From Acidimicrobiia bacterium (GTDB lineage: Bacteria > Actinomycetota > Acidimicrobiia > Spongiisociales > UBA11373), in assembly GCA_040882645.1 (NCBI GenBank), contig JBBEAX010000085.1:55933-119932 (forward strand): a DNA stretch of 64,000 bases, written 5' to 3'. Shown piece after piece: positions 19,632 to 29,152 of the stretch. The position numbers were made by a program, and so were the translations under genes. Each line of letters opens with the position of its first letter. Position 1 is the first letter of the stretch. The notes under the pieces were generated by a model. That model searched no databases. It saw only the letters and a list, made by a program, of their open reading frames with translations, and had not been told where the DNA came from.

Positions 19632-20543
19632 TTGGGGGCACAAATGGCCGGTCGATTCATCACCACGGCACCGGGGACCCGTACGGAGGCCTTCGGGCCG
19701 CTCGAGTGGGCGCTGCTGGCGTCGACTTCGCTGATGTGGGGCTCATCCTTCCTCTGGATCGCCGAAGGGCTTGAGGCCTTCCCTCCCGCCGTCGTCACCC
19801 TGGCTCGCCTGGCGCTCGGCGCGCTGACCCTTGCCTTCATCCCCGGCACCCGGCAGCCGGTCGATCGTGCCGACCTACCCAGAGTCGCCCTGCTCGGGCT
19901 CGTGTGGATGGCAATTCCCCTCACCCTGTTCCCCATCGCCCAGCAGTCGGTGGACTCGTCCATCGCCGGCATGGTCAATGGGGGCACCCCATTGTTCGCC
20001 GCTTTCGTGGCGGCGATTCTGCTTCGCCGGAAGCCCGGTCCGGCCCAGTTGGCGGGCATCCTCGTTGGCTTCGGCGGGGTGATCCTCATCACCGTGCCCT
20101 CGGCATCGGGAGACGGTGGGAGCATTTCCGGAATGTTGTTGATCATCCTGGCGACCTCGATGTATGGGCTGGCGGTGAACCTGTCGGTGCCGCTTGCCCA
20201 GCGATACGGGTCGTTGCCGGTACTTCTCCGTGCCCAGCTGGTGGCACTGATCGCGGTCGCTCCCTTCGGGCTAATGCGCCTCGGCGACGCCTCCTGGTCG
20301 TGGAGCGCTGCCGGCGCAATGGTCGTCCTCGGGGCTCTCAGCACGGGGCTGGCATTCGTAGCCATGACCGAGCTGGCGAAGCGGGTGGGGGGAACCCGGG
20401 CGTCGATCGGGATCTACTTCATCCCGATGGTGGCGACCATCCTCGGGATCATGTTCCGCGCGGAGCGACCCGCGGGTCTGGCATTCGTCGGGATGGGATT
20501 TGTCATCGTCGGGGCATGGCTGAGCAGCAGGCGGGAAGCCTAG
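19632..20543 (+). CDS. EamA/DMT family transporter
   Basis: 303 aa, about 10 TM segments arranged as two EamA-like halves. Confidence 0.65.
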   Translation: MGAQMAGRFITTAPGTRTEAFGPLEWALLASTSLMWGSSFLWIAEGLEAFPPAVVTLARLALGALTLAFIPGTRQPVDRADLPRVALLGLVWMAIPLTLFPIAQQSVDSSIAGMVNGGTPLFAAFVAAILLRRKPGPAQLAGILVGFGGVILITVPSASGDGGSISGMLLIILATSMYGLAVNLSVPLAQRYGSLPVLLRAQLVALIAVAPFGLMRLGDASWSWSAAGAMVVLGALSTGLAFVAMTELAKRVGGTRASIGIYFIPMVATILGIMFRAERPAGLAFVGMGFVIVGAWLSSRREA

Positions 20544-20612
20544 GGAGAATCAAGAGCCAAGAATCAAGAGTCAAGAAGCAAGACAAGACCGTTGCTTGTG
20601 GCCTGCTTGGGG

Positions 20613-21878
20613 TCACGCCAGATCGTCGAGGGCGGTGAGCACCCGGTCGACTTCATCCTGCGTGTTGTAGTGGACGAAGCCGATCCGCACCAGGCCACCC
20701 TTGTCGGCGAGCGTCAACCGGTCCAGCACACTGATCGCATAGAAGTTTCCGCTCCACACGAAGATCCCCCGCCTGCCCAGCTCGGCGGCGACGTCGCCGG
20801 CGGCAACGCCCGCGACACCCACTGCGAACGTCGAGACCCGCTCATCGATTCGCGCCGGATCGCTGATCCCATGGACCGTCACGCCTGGCATCTCGGCCAC
20901 ACCGGCGAGAAACCTGGCGGCCATGGCATCTTCGTGCACCCGGATGGCCCCGAATGCGCTTTCAAGGCGGTCGCGCCTGCTCTGGCCGGCTCCGAGTGAA
21001 GCCAGGTAGTCGATGGCAGCACGCACCCCTGCCAGCGCTTCGAAGGACTGCGTGCCGGTCTCCCACCGTCCCGGGCCCACCTCCGGAGCAGGGGCAACCT
21101 TGTACGGCGTAAGGTTTCGGAGGTGCTCGGATCGGGCCCAGAGCATGCCGGTGTGGGGGCCACAGAACTTGTAGGCGCTGGCGGCGAGGAAGTCTGCGCC
21201 GAGGCTCGATACGTTCGAGATTCGATGAGCCGAATAGTGGACGGCATCCACAAACACCTGTGCCCCGACGCCCCGGGCCATCTCGATGATCGTATCGAGG
21301 GGGGTGACGGTGCCGACGGCATTGGAAGCAGCGGTGACCGCAATCAGCCGGGTACGCTCCCCGACTACCTCCGCCAGAGAGGCCAGGTCGAGCGTGCCAT
21401 CTTCGGGCCGCAGGCCGGCCATCCTGACCGTGGCCCCTCTATCACCTGCGGCCAAGCGCCACGGCGTGACGTTGGCGTCGTGGTCGAGCGCGGTGACCAC
21501 GATCTCGTCGCCTTCCCCCCACTCACGGGCAATTGCCCGCGACAGCGAGAAGGTGAGGCTCGTCATGTTCTGGCCGAATACGATCTCGTCCGGTTCGCCG
21601 CCAAAGAGGTCGGCGGCGGCCAACCGGGCCTCTCGCACCACGGTGCCGGCGTCCTTCGACGAACTGAAGGAGCCCCCGAGGTTGCTCAACCCGCTTTGGA
21701 GGGCTTCGGCCATCGCGTCGATCACAACCTGCGGTACCTGGGTTCCTGCCGGGCCGTCGAGGTGGGCGACGCTACGGCCATCGACGGCGCGTTGCAGTGC
21801 GGGGATGCCGTCGCGGACTCGGTCGACATCGAGGGGTCGAAGCATCGGCAGACCATAACCCTGCGTGGCCGGGATCAC
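20613..21878 (-). CDS. class V aminotransferase / cysteine desulfurase-like protein
   Basis: 421 aa. PLP-lysine block SAYKFCGPHTG and HxDAV block FVDAVHYSAH. Confidence 0.7.
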   Translation of the reverse strand: MIPATQGYGLPMLRPLDVDRVRDGIPALQRAVDGRSVAHLDGPAGTQVPQVVIDAMAEALQSGLSNLGGSFSSSKDAGTVVREARLAAADLFGGEPDEIVFGQNMTSLTFSLSRAIAREWGEGDEIVVTALDHDANVTPWRLAAGDRGATVRMAGLRPEDGTLDLASLAEVVGERTRLIAVTAASNAVGTVTPLDTIIEMARGVGAQVFVDAVHYSAHRISNVSSLGADFLAASAYKFCGPHTGMLWARSEHLRNLTPYKVAPAPEVGPGRWETGTQSFEALAGVRAAIDYLASLGAGQSRRDRLESAFGAIRVHEDAMAARFLAGVAEMPGVTVHGISDPARIDERVSTFAVGVAGVAAGDVAAELGRRGIFVWSGNFYAISVLDRLTLADKGGLVRIGFVHYNTQDEVDRVLTALDDLA

Positions 21879-21918
21879 CGTGCTCTTGTTGGTGCGGCAG
21901 ATGAAGCGGCGGGGAAGA

Positions 21919-22527
21919 TCAGGGCAGGACGGTCATGTCGACGAACACCTTGTCCTTGACCATCCGGGTGAGGGTCCAGGCATTCACCCAGGCCTCGACT
22001 TGTTGCGTGCCCTCGAACGCCCGGCCTTCCACCCAGCAGTCGGTGGACTCCCCCGGCTCGAGGATGCGGGTGTCACACCGCGCCGGCCCGTAGAGTTCCA
22101 CGTAGGCGTACACGCCCCAGAGCCTGCCGTCGGAGGTATTGGTGACATGGAGGCGCCACGTGACCTGGTCGCCATCTTCGATGACGCCGAACTCCTTGCC
22201 ATCGCCCTGCCCTTCGAAGTAGATGCCGAGCGTCACGGTCCCGTCGTATCCATCCTCGGGCGACAAAGGGGGCACGGTCGTCGGGGTCGGCGCCAGGGTC
22301 GTACCGGGGACGGCCGCGGTCGTCGTGGTGGGTGCCGCGGTCGTGGTGGTCACGCGAGCGCTGGTGGTGGTCGTCGAGGCGTCTCCATCTCCGCCGGTGG
22401 TGGGGCCGGTCGACGCGGTGAGGCGTGGGGTGACCAGCAGAAAGGCGGCGAACATCACGCCCGCCAGGGCGGCGATGAAGATCGTGCGGCCGATCCCGTC
22501 GGGAAGTCGTGTCGTTGACACCTGCAA
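21919..22527 (-). CDS. membrane-anchored hypothetical protein with Thr/Pro-rich linker
   Basis: 202 aa. An N-terminal TM helix (IFIAALAGVMFAAFLLV) is followed by a T/A/P low-complexity linker and a ~110-aa beta-rich domain. Confidence 0.5.
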   Translation of the reverse strand: MQVSTTRLPDGIGRTIFIAALAGVMFAAFLLVTPRLTASTGPTTGGDGDASTTTTSARVTTTTAAPTTTTAAVPGTTLAPTPTTVPPLSPEDGYDGTVTLGIYFEGQGDGKEFGVIEDGDQVTWRLHVTNTSDGRLWGVYAYVELYGPARCDTRILEPGESTDCWVEGRAFEGTQQVEAWVNAWTLTRMVKDKVFVDMTVLP

Positions 22528-22615
22528 CCACTTTCCGTTGTTCGTTCACCACTGTAAGTGATGGGTTTGACGGCGTCACCCCCCGGGGATCGTCATTGCA
22601 CCGCGCCAACAGTGA

Positions 22616-24262
22616 CTAGTCCCTCGGCATCGCGGCGAGCACGAGTCGGGCGATCGCATCGTGGCCCACCTCGTTGGGGTGAAGGGTCCCGGTGGTGTCG
22701 AAGCGGGATCCCGGCCCCTGCAGCACGGCCGATTGGGCTGCAGTTCGATACCAGGTGACGTCGATGCCGCCCAGGAGCATCGGCCCCCCACCCCGTCCGG
22801 GATTACGGAACCAACCCTCCGGATATGACAGGCGAGCGCCACCGATCGGCGCGGTGTGCCCGTACTCAGGGGGATAGCCGTAGTCCGGCCAAGGGGCGCA
22901 GTAGCCATGGCCTCTTGCGAAGGCTTCCGCAACTCCGCCCACGAAGGTCCAGCCGCGGCGACTGGCGGCGTCGCCGATGGCATCGTTCAGTGGACCGAGG
23001 AGGAGATCCACTCCGAGTTGCTGCTCCTTGCGATCGATCTCATGTAACCCGAAGGGCGGTGTGACGTCCCCCACGATCTCGCGGCACGACTCGCCGGCGG
23101 TGTCGGCTCCGGTCGGATCGGGATATCCCACTATCACGGTCGTGCCCACCTCGAATGGCATCAACGCGCCCTCCAGCCTGTCGAACGCGCTGGGCAGCCC
23201 ATCGAGCCCCGGCAGGTCGCTCCAGCCGCGGCGGCTTTCATCCGGCCGGCACACCAGTGAGAAGGGGGCCTTGTACCCCAGTCTCACCCCCCGGCTCCAA
23301 TCGCCGTCGCGGACCGCGGAGAAGGTGTTCTCGATCAGCATGTCGTAACAGATCGGGTCGAGCATCGGGTCCGCTTCGATCAGTCTCCTCACGGCCCGGA
23401 CGAACCCCACGTCGTTGCCTCCGACTTGGATCAGCAGCACATCGATCCGGCGGTCACCGACGAGGCGGCTCAACTCGTCGATCTGGGACGAGTCGAGGTC
23501 GCCACCCTGGGCAGTCAGGATTCCGCGGTCGATGCGCGCCCCCGAGGCGGCTACCGAGATGAATGTCACTGAACTGGCGCGGTCGACCCGCTCCATCGCC
23601 AGCGCCACTCGGGCAGGCCACGCCACGCTCGACCGCCGCGCTGCGGCGTGGGTGGCAGCGGCCGCCGGATCCGACGAGCCGGCCCAGCGCGCCGGGGAAG
23701 ACGATCCAACCCGGGGGGCCTCGGGATTGCCCTCCCCCGAGGCGTATGAGTCACCGATGGCGACGATGAGGAGGTCCTCGACCTCGAAGTCCTCGACGAC
23801 CGAAGCACTCAGATTCGCCCACCCGATCCGGATCCCGGCGGCCACCGCCATCGTGTATTCGCCCTCGGCGAAAAGTAGCCGCAGCTCGGGGACCAGCGTC
23901 GTGTATTGGAGCGGTGCCTCGAGCCCCCCGCCAGAAACGGTCCATCGATAGTTGGTCACCGGCAGGCCCGCCAGATCGGCCGTTGCTCCCGACAACCCGG
24001 CCTCGAACAACAGGCCGAACTTCGCTTCGGGGCACCCGCCAGGACATGATCCCGGTGCCCGGTTGTGGGCGTACTCGGTGCTGTTCGGCATGTCGACGAA
24101 GCCATCGCCGTCATCGTCGCCGCCGAACCGGTCGGTCATCGTCCAGGTGACGACCGGGATGATTGCGTCCGATGCTTCAGAGGCACCAGCTGGCGACGCG
24201 GGAAGGCCACCCAGGGCGACGACGCAGGCGAGAGTCGCGGTGATCTTCGGTCGGTTCATCAC
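22616..24262 (-). CDS. secreted SGNH/GDSL-like hydrolase
   Basis: 548 aa. Signal peptide MMNRPKITATLACVVALGGLPASPAGA. GDS block LLIVAIGDSYASGEGNP. Later QVGGND block. Confidence 0.6.
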   Translation of the reverse strand: MMNRPKITATLACVVALGGLPASPAGASEASDAIIPVVTWTMTDRFGGDDDGDGFVDMPNSTEYAHNRAPGSCPGGCPEAKFGLLFEAGLSGATADLAGLPVTNYRWTVSGGGLEAPLQYTTLVPELRLLFAEGEYTMAVAAGIRIGWANLSASVVEDFEVEDLLIVAIGDSYASGEGNPEAPRVGSSSPARWAGSSDPAAAATHAAARRSSVAWPARVALAMERVDRASSVTFISVAASGARIDRGILTAQGGDLDSSQIDELSRLVGDRRIDVLLIQVGGNDVGFVRAVRRLIEADPMLDPICYDMLIENTFSAVRDGDWSRGVRLGYKAPFSLVCRPDESRRGWSDLPGLDGLPSAFDRLEGALMPFEVGTTVIVGYPDPTGADTAGESCREIVGDVTPPFGLHEIDRKEQQLGVDLLLGPLNDAIGDAASRRGWTFVGGVAEAFARGHGYCAPWPDYGYPPEYGHTAPIGGARLSYPEGWFRNPGRGGGPMLLGGIDVTWYRTAAQSAVLQGPGSRFDTTGTLHPNEVGHDAIARLVLAAMPRD

Positions 24263-24327
24263 AATGGGAACACCGTAGGGGGCTCAGGGGTTCCCGCTGA
24301 TTCGCTGGAGACTATGAACCTGAGATC

Positions 24328-24702
24328 TCAGGCTCGCTCGCGGAACCACTCCGTGAATTCGACGCAGCGCCCCTCGGCGTCGAACTCCATGGCAAAGCAG
24401 TTGTCATACACCGCTCTGGTCTCTGTTCGGTCGGAATCCGTGTAGTAGCGGCTCCAGCCGGTCGCCACGACCCGATTGCCGTCGACGGCGTAGGGCTCGT
24501 AAACGGCCTCGAAAGTGCCGGCGTCGTCAGGATCGTCGAGCCAGGACTCGACCACCGCGGTACGGCCGACCAATGGGGCATCGGCCGGGTGATACCGATA
24601 CTCGATGCCTTCGGCAAACAGCTCGCCGATCGCTTCCGGGTCGTACGACTCCCAGGCGCGCACATAGCGCTCGAGCCATTCCCTCGCTGCGGCGTGATTC
24701 AC
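24328..24702 (-). CDS. NTF2-like (SnoaL-type) protein
   Basis: 124 aa. The W(L)ERYVRAWESYDPEAIGELFAE start is typical of the SnoaL/NTF2-like fold. Confidence 0.6.
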   Translation of the reverse strand: MNHAAAREWLERYVRAWESYDPEAIGELFAEGIEYRYHPADAPLVGRTAVVESWLDDPDDAGTFEAVYEPYAVDGNRVVATGWSRYYTDSDRTETRAVYDNCFAMEFDAEGRCVEFTEWFRERA

Positions 24703-24748
24703 GGCCGGGTCTCCCTTCGGATGCGCGAAGGGTAAGCCGGCGCAGATA

Positions 24749-25474
24749 TCACCGAGCGCCGGGGCTTTGTATGTCGACCTGCTCGATCACCAGGTCCCCG
24801 ACCAATGCGGCCCTCTGTGATGCCATCCGATACGCGACGGTCGGCAACAGCTCATCTCGGGCCCTCAGGGTGATTTCAGACCAGTCATCCGGAGGCACCA
24901 TGATGTGCCACGAGAGCCTCAGCTCCCACTCGTCGGACACGAAGGCATAGTGCGACACGACCAGTAGCTCCGGAGAAGTCATCGCCCCGGAGAATTCGGT
25001 CGTCGGGGTGATCCCCAGATCTGGTTCGTTGTCGGCCAGCCACGCCGTGAATAGGGCGAGCAACTCGCGGGCGTATGGCCCGCGATCGTCCTCCACGGCG
25101 AACACCGTCGTCTGCCAGGACGCAGACTTCAGCTCCTTGCCTCTGGTGGCGGTCACCTCGATCGTGATCGGGCGGTCGTCCGCCGTCGGTTCGGCATTGA
25201 TGACGATCTCCGCCACCTCACCCGATTGGATCGTGGCGGGCTCCACTGCGACCGAGGCCCCTTCGGCCGTTGCGGTGATGATCGCTGGTTGGTCGGTGGC
25301 GGCCTCGTCGGTGATCGTGGCGACGACGATCACCGGCGCCCCTGGGACCAGGCCGTGGACGAACTCCGGGCTGACCGTGAGTTCAAACGGAACGGCTTCC
25401 GTGGAGGAACAAGCCCCGATGCTCCCTAAGAGAAGGACAAAGCCGAGACAGCACTTGAAGCGTTGCATGAGCAT
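24749..25474 (-). CDS. lipoprotein, function unknown
   Basis: 241 aa. Lipobox-like LLLGSIGAC after a hydrophobic N-terminus. Confidence 0.55.
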   Translation of the reverse strand: MLMQRFKCCLGFVLLLGSIGACSSTEAVPFELTVSPEFVHGLVPGAPVIVVATITDEAATDQPAIITATAEGASVAVEPATIQSGEVAEIVINAEPTADDRPITIEVTATRGKELKSASWQTTVFAVEDDRGPYARELLALFTAWLADNEPDLGITPTTEFSGAMTSPELLVVSHYAFVSDEWELRLSWHIMVPPDDWSEITLRARDELLPTVAYRMASQRAALVGDLVIEQVDIQSPGAR

Positions 25475-25543
25475 CTCCTCATACCCGCCCCTCCTGCTCG
25501 ATCATTCCACTCGAACCCACCGCTCCGGCAGGGGCGGATTCCT

Positions 25544-25948
25544 CTAGGTCGCTTCGGCGAGACGCCGCGCCAGTTCGCGCAGCATGCTGAGGGTCATCGC
25601 CGGCTCCTGTTCGAGCAGGTCGAGCAGGTCGTCGCGGCGGATGGCGAGTGCTCGTAGCGGCTCGATCGTGACCACCCGGGCGGCCCTCGGGGTGTCGGCG
25701 AGCACCGACAGCTCTCCAAAGAAGGCGCCGGGGCCACGCTCGATTTCGCGGCCGTCGGGTAGTTCGATTCGGACGGCTCCCTCTTCGATCACGAAGACCC
25801 CGGTGCCGGCCTGGGCGAGCTCGATGAGCACCATGCCCTTGGGCGCCTCGAACTCGGTGGCGAGCCGTGCCACCCGTTCTAGCGCCGATTCGTCGAGCCC
25901 GCCGAAGAGCGGCACCTGACGCAAGCTGTTCACCGCGGGCGTGGTCAT
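25544..25948 (-). CDS. cyclic-nucleotide-binding domain protein
   Basis: 134 aa. FFGELSVLADTPRAARV is the cNMP-binding phosphate-binding cassette pattern (FGE...R(T/A)A). Confidence 0.75.
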   Translation of the reverse strand: MTTPAVNSLRQVPLFGGLDESALERVARLATEFEAPKGMVLIELAQAGTGVFVIEEGAVRIELPDGREIERGPGAFFGELSVLADTPRAARVVTIEPLRALAIRRDDLLDLLEQEPAMTLSMLRELARRLAEAT

Positions 25949-26008
25949 CGTCGGAGGCTACCTCGGCCCGGCCGCGTCGGGGTCCGCGGCCCGTGCCACA
26001 ATCCCCCG

Positions 26009-26434
26009 ATGCGCATCAGCCTGGTGACCCTCGGCGTCGAGGATCTAGCGCGGTCCCGACGGTTCTACGAAGCACTCGGGTGGACCACCGAGTCAGCCCA
26101 GGACGACGACGTCGTCTTCTTCCAGTCCGGGGGAATGGTGTTCGGCCTGTGGGATCGCCGCCGGCTGGCAGAGGACAGCGGAGTGGCGGATACAGGGGGC
26201 TGGGGAGGGGTGACCCTCGCCCACAACCTCGGATCGCCCGATGAGGTGGACCTATTCATCGCACGGGCGCGGGTTGCAGGTGCAGCCATCGTGCGAGAGC
26301 CGGCACCAACCTTCTGGGGCGGGTACTCCGGCGCCTTCACCGATCCGGACGGTCACCCGTGGGAGGTGGCCCACAACCCGTTCTGGCCCATCGATGCGTC
26401 TGGGGCCATCCGTCTTCCGCCAGTGCAGGGGTGA
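26009..26434 (+). CDS. VOC/glyoxalase family protein
   Basis: 141 aa. MRISLVTLGVEDLARSRRFYEALGW... and a C-terminal F.DPDGHPWEV block. Confidence 0.75.
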   Translation: MRISLVTLGVEDLARSRRFYEALGWTTESAQDDDVVFFQSGGMVFGLWDRRRLAEDSGVADTGGWGGVTLAHNLGSPDEVDLFIARARVAGAAIVREPAPTFWGGYSGAFTDPDGHPWEVAHNPFWPIDASGAIRLPPVQG

Positions 26435-26453
26435 CCGGCCGGTGTGGTCAGGT

Positions 26454-26513
26454 CTAGGTGAGGACGATCAGCAGAATGATGATGAGGACGAGGGTTCCGA
26501 TTCCGATGTACAT
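26454..26513 (-). CDS. 19-aa hydrophobic micro-ORF
   Basis: Own translation: MYIGIGTLVLIIILLIVLT*. Preceded by AAGGAAG about 5 nt upstream. Too short for the ORF track. Confidence 0.35.
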   Translation of the reverse strand: MYIGIGTLVLIIILLIVLT

Positions 26514-26646
26514 GGGTCTTCCTTTTGGTCGCCGACATCCACATGTACCCCGCCGGGACGAGCCACAAACGGGCTTCGGGTTTCCGTAAACGAATTTGTG
26601 GGTAGGTGGCCTTGAGAAGCCTCTCTACTCAGAAGGAGACATTCCG

Positions 26647-26994
26647 ATGACGACCCCCAGACTCCTCTCCGCCCACAGCCTCATGTCCGACCGGGTGCAG
26701 CAACCTTCCGGCGAGCACCTCGGGGACATGAAGGAATTGATGATCGACCTCGACACCGGCCGCATTGCCTATGCCGTGCTGTCGTTCGGCGGGTTTCTCG
26801 GCCTCGGCGACAAGTTGTTCGCCCTACCCTGGTCGGTGTTTCACCTCGACACGGACGCGAAAGCCCTCGTACTGGACGTGCCGAAGGAGACCCTTGAGCA
26901 GGCACCCGGCTTCGACAAGTCGAACTGGCCCGCAGGGCCCGAGCACTGGGGTCTCGTCGACACCCATTGGGCCGACTATCGCCGAGTCGCCTGA
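26647..26994 (+). CDS. PRC-barrel domain protein
   Basis: 115 aa from ATG 26647, with GAAGGAGA upstream. LGDMKELMIDLDTGRIAYAVLSFGGFLGLGDKLFALPW is the PRC-barrel pattern. Confidence 0.75.
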   Translation: MTTPRLLSAHSLMSDRVQQPSGEHLGDMKELMIDLDTGRIAYAVLSFGGFLGLGDKLFALPWSVFHLDTDAKALVLDVPKETLEQAPGFDKSNWPAGPEHWGLVDTHWADYRRVA

Positions 26995-27012
26995 CCGACC
27001 CGGTTGACCGCT

Positions 27013-27041
27013 GAGCCGCCCTGCCCGCCGCAGGGCGGCTC
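27013..27041. terminator. GC-rich hairpin between convergent genes (probable bidirectional terminator)
   Basis: gagccgccctgc ccgcc gcagggcggctc forms a perfect 12-bp stem. Lies between the stops at 26994 (+) and 27050 (-). Confidence 0.6.
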
Positions 27042-27049
27042 GGCGCGTC

Positions 27050-27694
27050 TCACCGAGTTCGCAAGAACGCCGATTGCATGTGAAGGACGTCGGCGGCGTC
27101 ATCACCTGGTTTGAAGGTCTCGAAGCTCTCGATCAGAAACGCCTTCTCGAGCAAGGCCTGGAGCGTGTCGTCGGCGCGGAACGAGAAGAAACGGGGCGGT
27201 TGGTAGAAATCCTCCTCGGGCAACCCCTCCTCGTCCACTCCACCCCATACCCCGATGTACACCGGGCTCCCCGGATGAACCACTCCGGCGATCCCTGCCA
27301 GCACCCGGGGTAGGTCGGCATTGGGAATGTGGTGGATGCAATTCATCGCCCAGGCGCTGGCGAAAGTGGCCGGCGCAAAGCCGAGGTCGTACATGTCGCG
27401 GACATGGGCCTCTAAACCCTTGGCCCGACAGAGGGCCACGTGCTCAGGAGAAAGATCGGTCGCGGTCACAGTGATGCCGCGATCGGCGAACCAGCGGCTG
27501 GTGTATCCGACCCCGGCACCGATTTCGAGCATGCTCTCCCGGCCGTCGGCGTGGAGGATTTCCAGGAAGCGCTCGGCGATGGGCCAGCGCCAATCCTCCT
27601 CCCCACGCTCGTCGCGAACCGCCGCCACGCCGTCGTATGTGCGGGCGATCGATTCACGAAAGGCGTCGGGAGGCGGTCCTGCGACCAGCTTCAT
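27050..27694 (-). CDS. class I SAM-dependent methyltransferase
   Basis: 214 aa. Motif I: LEIGAGVGYTSRWFADRG. Confidence 0.75.
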   Translation of the reverse strand: MKLVAGPPPDAFRESIARTYDGVAAVRDERGEEDWRWPIAERFLEILHADGRESMLEIGAGVGYTSRWFADRGITVTATDLSPEHVALCRAKGLEAHVRDMYDLGFAPATFASAWAMNCIHHIPNADLPRVLAGIAGVVHPGSPVYIGVWGGVDEEGLPEEDFYQPPRFFSFRADDTLQALLEKAFLIESFETFKPGDDAADVLHMQSAFLRTR

Positions 27695-27756
27695 AATCCT
27701 CGCTCCTTTCGGGTGGGCCGACTGTTCGAACCCCGGGAGCAGCGGAAGCTATCGCC

Positions 27757-29004
27757 TCAGCGCCGGCGGCGGGTGCGGAAGCGGCGCGAGATCTCCACCT
27801 CGCTCGTGCGCTTGGGATCGACCGCTTCCGGCTCGAAGGCCACCAGATCGTCGAGTCGGGGGTCGTTGGAGAACATCTTCACGATCTCGAAGTTGAGACC
27901 CGAAGCCCGCTGTAGCCGCTCGATGTCCTCGACCTGATCCCACTCGACCAGGGACACCACCAGGCCGGTCTCCCCGGCCCGCGCTGTGCGCCCCGAGCGG
28001 TGGACGAAGCTCTTGTAGTCCTGGGGCGGATCGAAGTGCATCACGACGTCGACGTCGTCGATGTGGAGGCCCCTTGCAGCGATGTTGGTGGCCACCAGCG
28101 CAGGGAGCCGTCCCTCAACGAAGTCGGCGAGTACACGCTCGCGGTCCTTCTGGATCTTGTCCCCGTGGATGGCCCGGGCGTCCACCCCTTCGTCCTGGAG
28201 CTGTCGGGTCACCCGGTCGGCGTTCGCCTTGGTGCCCACGAAGATCAGGGTCCGGGTCACACCCCGGATGATCCGCGCCGCCACCTTGGCCTTGTCCATG
28301 TAGTGGACGGCGAGGAAGCGATGGGTCGCCTCGTCGACGATGTCGCTCTCAGTGGCCACCTCGTGGCCCACCGGGTCGCGCAGGTAGGCATTCACCAGGG
28401 AGCGAACGGCGCCGTCGAGGGTGGCCGAGAAGAGCATCACCTGGGGTTCGCCGGCGACCGAACGCATGATCGAGCGCACTTGCGGCAGAAAGCCCATGTC
28501 GGCCATCTGGTCGGCCTCGTCGAGCACGACACAATCGACGGCCGTGACGGAGACCAGCTTGCGCCTGATCAGGTCGATCAGCCGTCCGGGAGTTGCGATG
28601 ACTATGTCGACTCCCCGCTCGAGGGCGTTGATCTGCGACCCCATCGATGCACCGCCGTAAACCGCGAGCAGCGACCGGTCCATCGCCTTCGCCAGCGGCT
28701 CGAGTTCGTCCGCCACCTGACTACACAACTCCCGGGTGGGGACGAGGACCAGGGCCCCCGGCTGATTCGGCGGGGACTTCTTCGAACGCTCGATCATCGG
28801 GATGCCGAAGGCGAGCGACTTGCCAGACCCGGTCTGAGCCCGGCCGCAGACATCGCGGCCAAGCAGGGCGTCGGGGATGGTCATGACCTGGATCGGGAAG
28901 GGAGCGGTGATGCCACGGCCCCGAAGGACCTCGACGATCGGTTCGGAGACACCGAGGGCGGAGAAGGTGGTGACTGTGTCAGGGTTCATGGTGGAGTTCT
29001 GCAT
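27757..29004 (-). CDS. DEAD-box RNA helicase
   Basis: 415 aa. Q-motif region, AQTGSGKS, VLDEADQM, SAT, HRSGRTARAG. Confidence 0.9.
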   Translation of the reverse strand: MQNSTMNPDTVTTFSALGVSEPIVEVLRGRGITAPFPIQVMTIPDALLGRDVCGRAQTGSGKSLAFGIPMIERSKKSPPNQPGALVLVPTRELCSQVADELEPLAKAMDRSLLAVYGGASMGSQINALERGVDIVIATPGRLIDLIRRKLVSVTAVDCVVLDEADQMADMGFLPQVRSIMRSVAGEPQVMLFSATLDGAVRSLVNAYLRDPVGHEVATESDIVDEATHRFLAVHYMDKAKVAARIIRGVTRTLIFVGTKANADRVTRQLQDEGVDARAIHGDKIQKDRERVLADFVEGRLPALVATNIAARGLHIDDVDVVMHFDPPQDYKSFVHRSGRTARAGETGLVVSLVEWDQVEDIERLQRASGLNFEIVKMFSNDPRLDDLVAFEPEAVDPKRTSEVEISRRFRTRRRR

Positions 29005-29152
29005 GTGTCCTTCTGGGAGGCGGCGGCGCGTTCGACTCGTCGATGGTGTGACGGGAACGATGACGCAATCTGCAGCGTCGGCCTGCCGGAGTTCAGTGTA
29101 ACGGTCGGCACCGTTCCTCCTCGTATTGAGGCTTCTGACCGGCTCGCCCAGG

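Noticed and set aside
20544-20612. Low-complexity CAAGA-rich run (gaatcaagagccaagaatcaagagtcaagaagcaagacaagacc) between convergent EamA and aminotransferase genes
   Set aside because: It is only ~45 nt of imperfect short repeats. I could not draw a convincing hairpin. It is probably just a spacer or weak terminator region.
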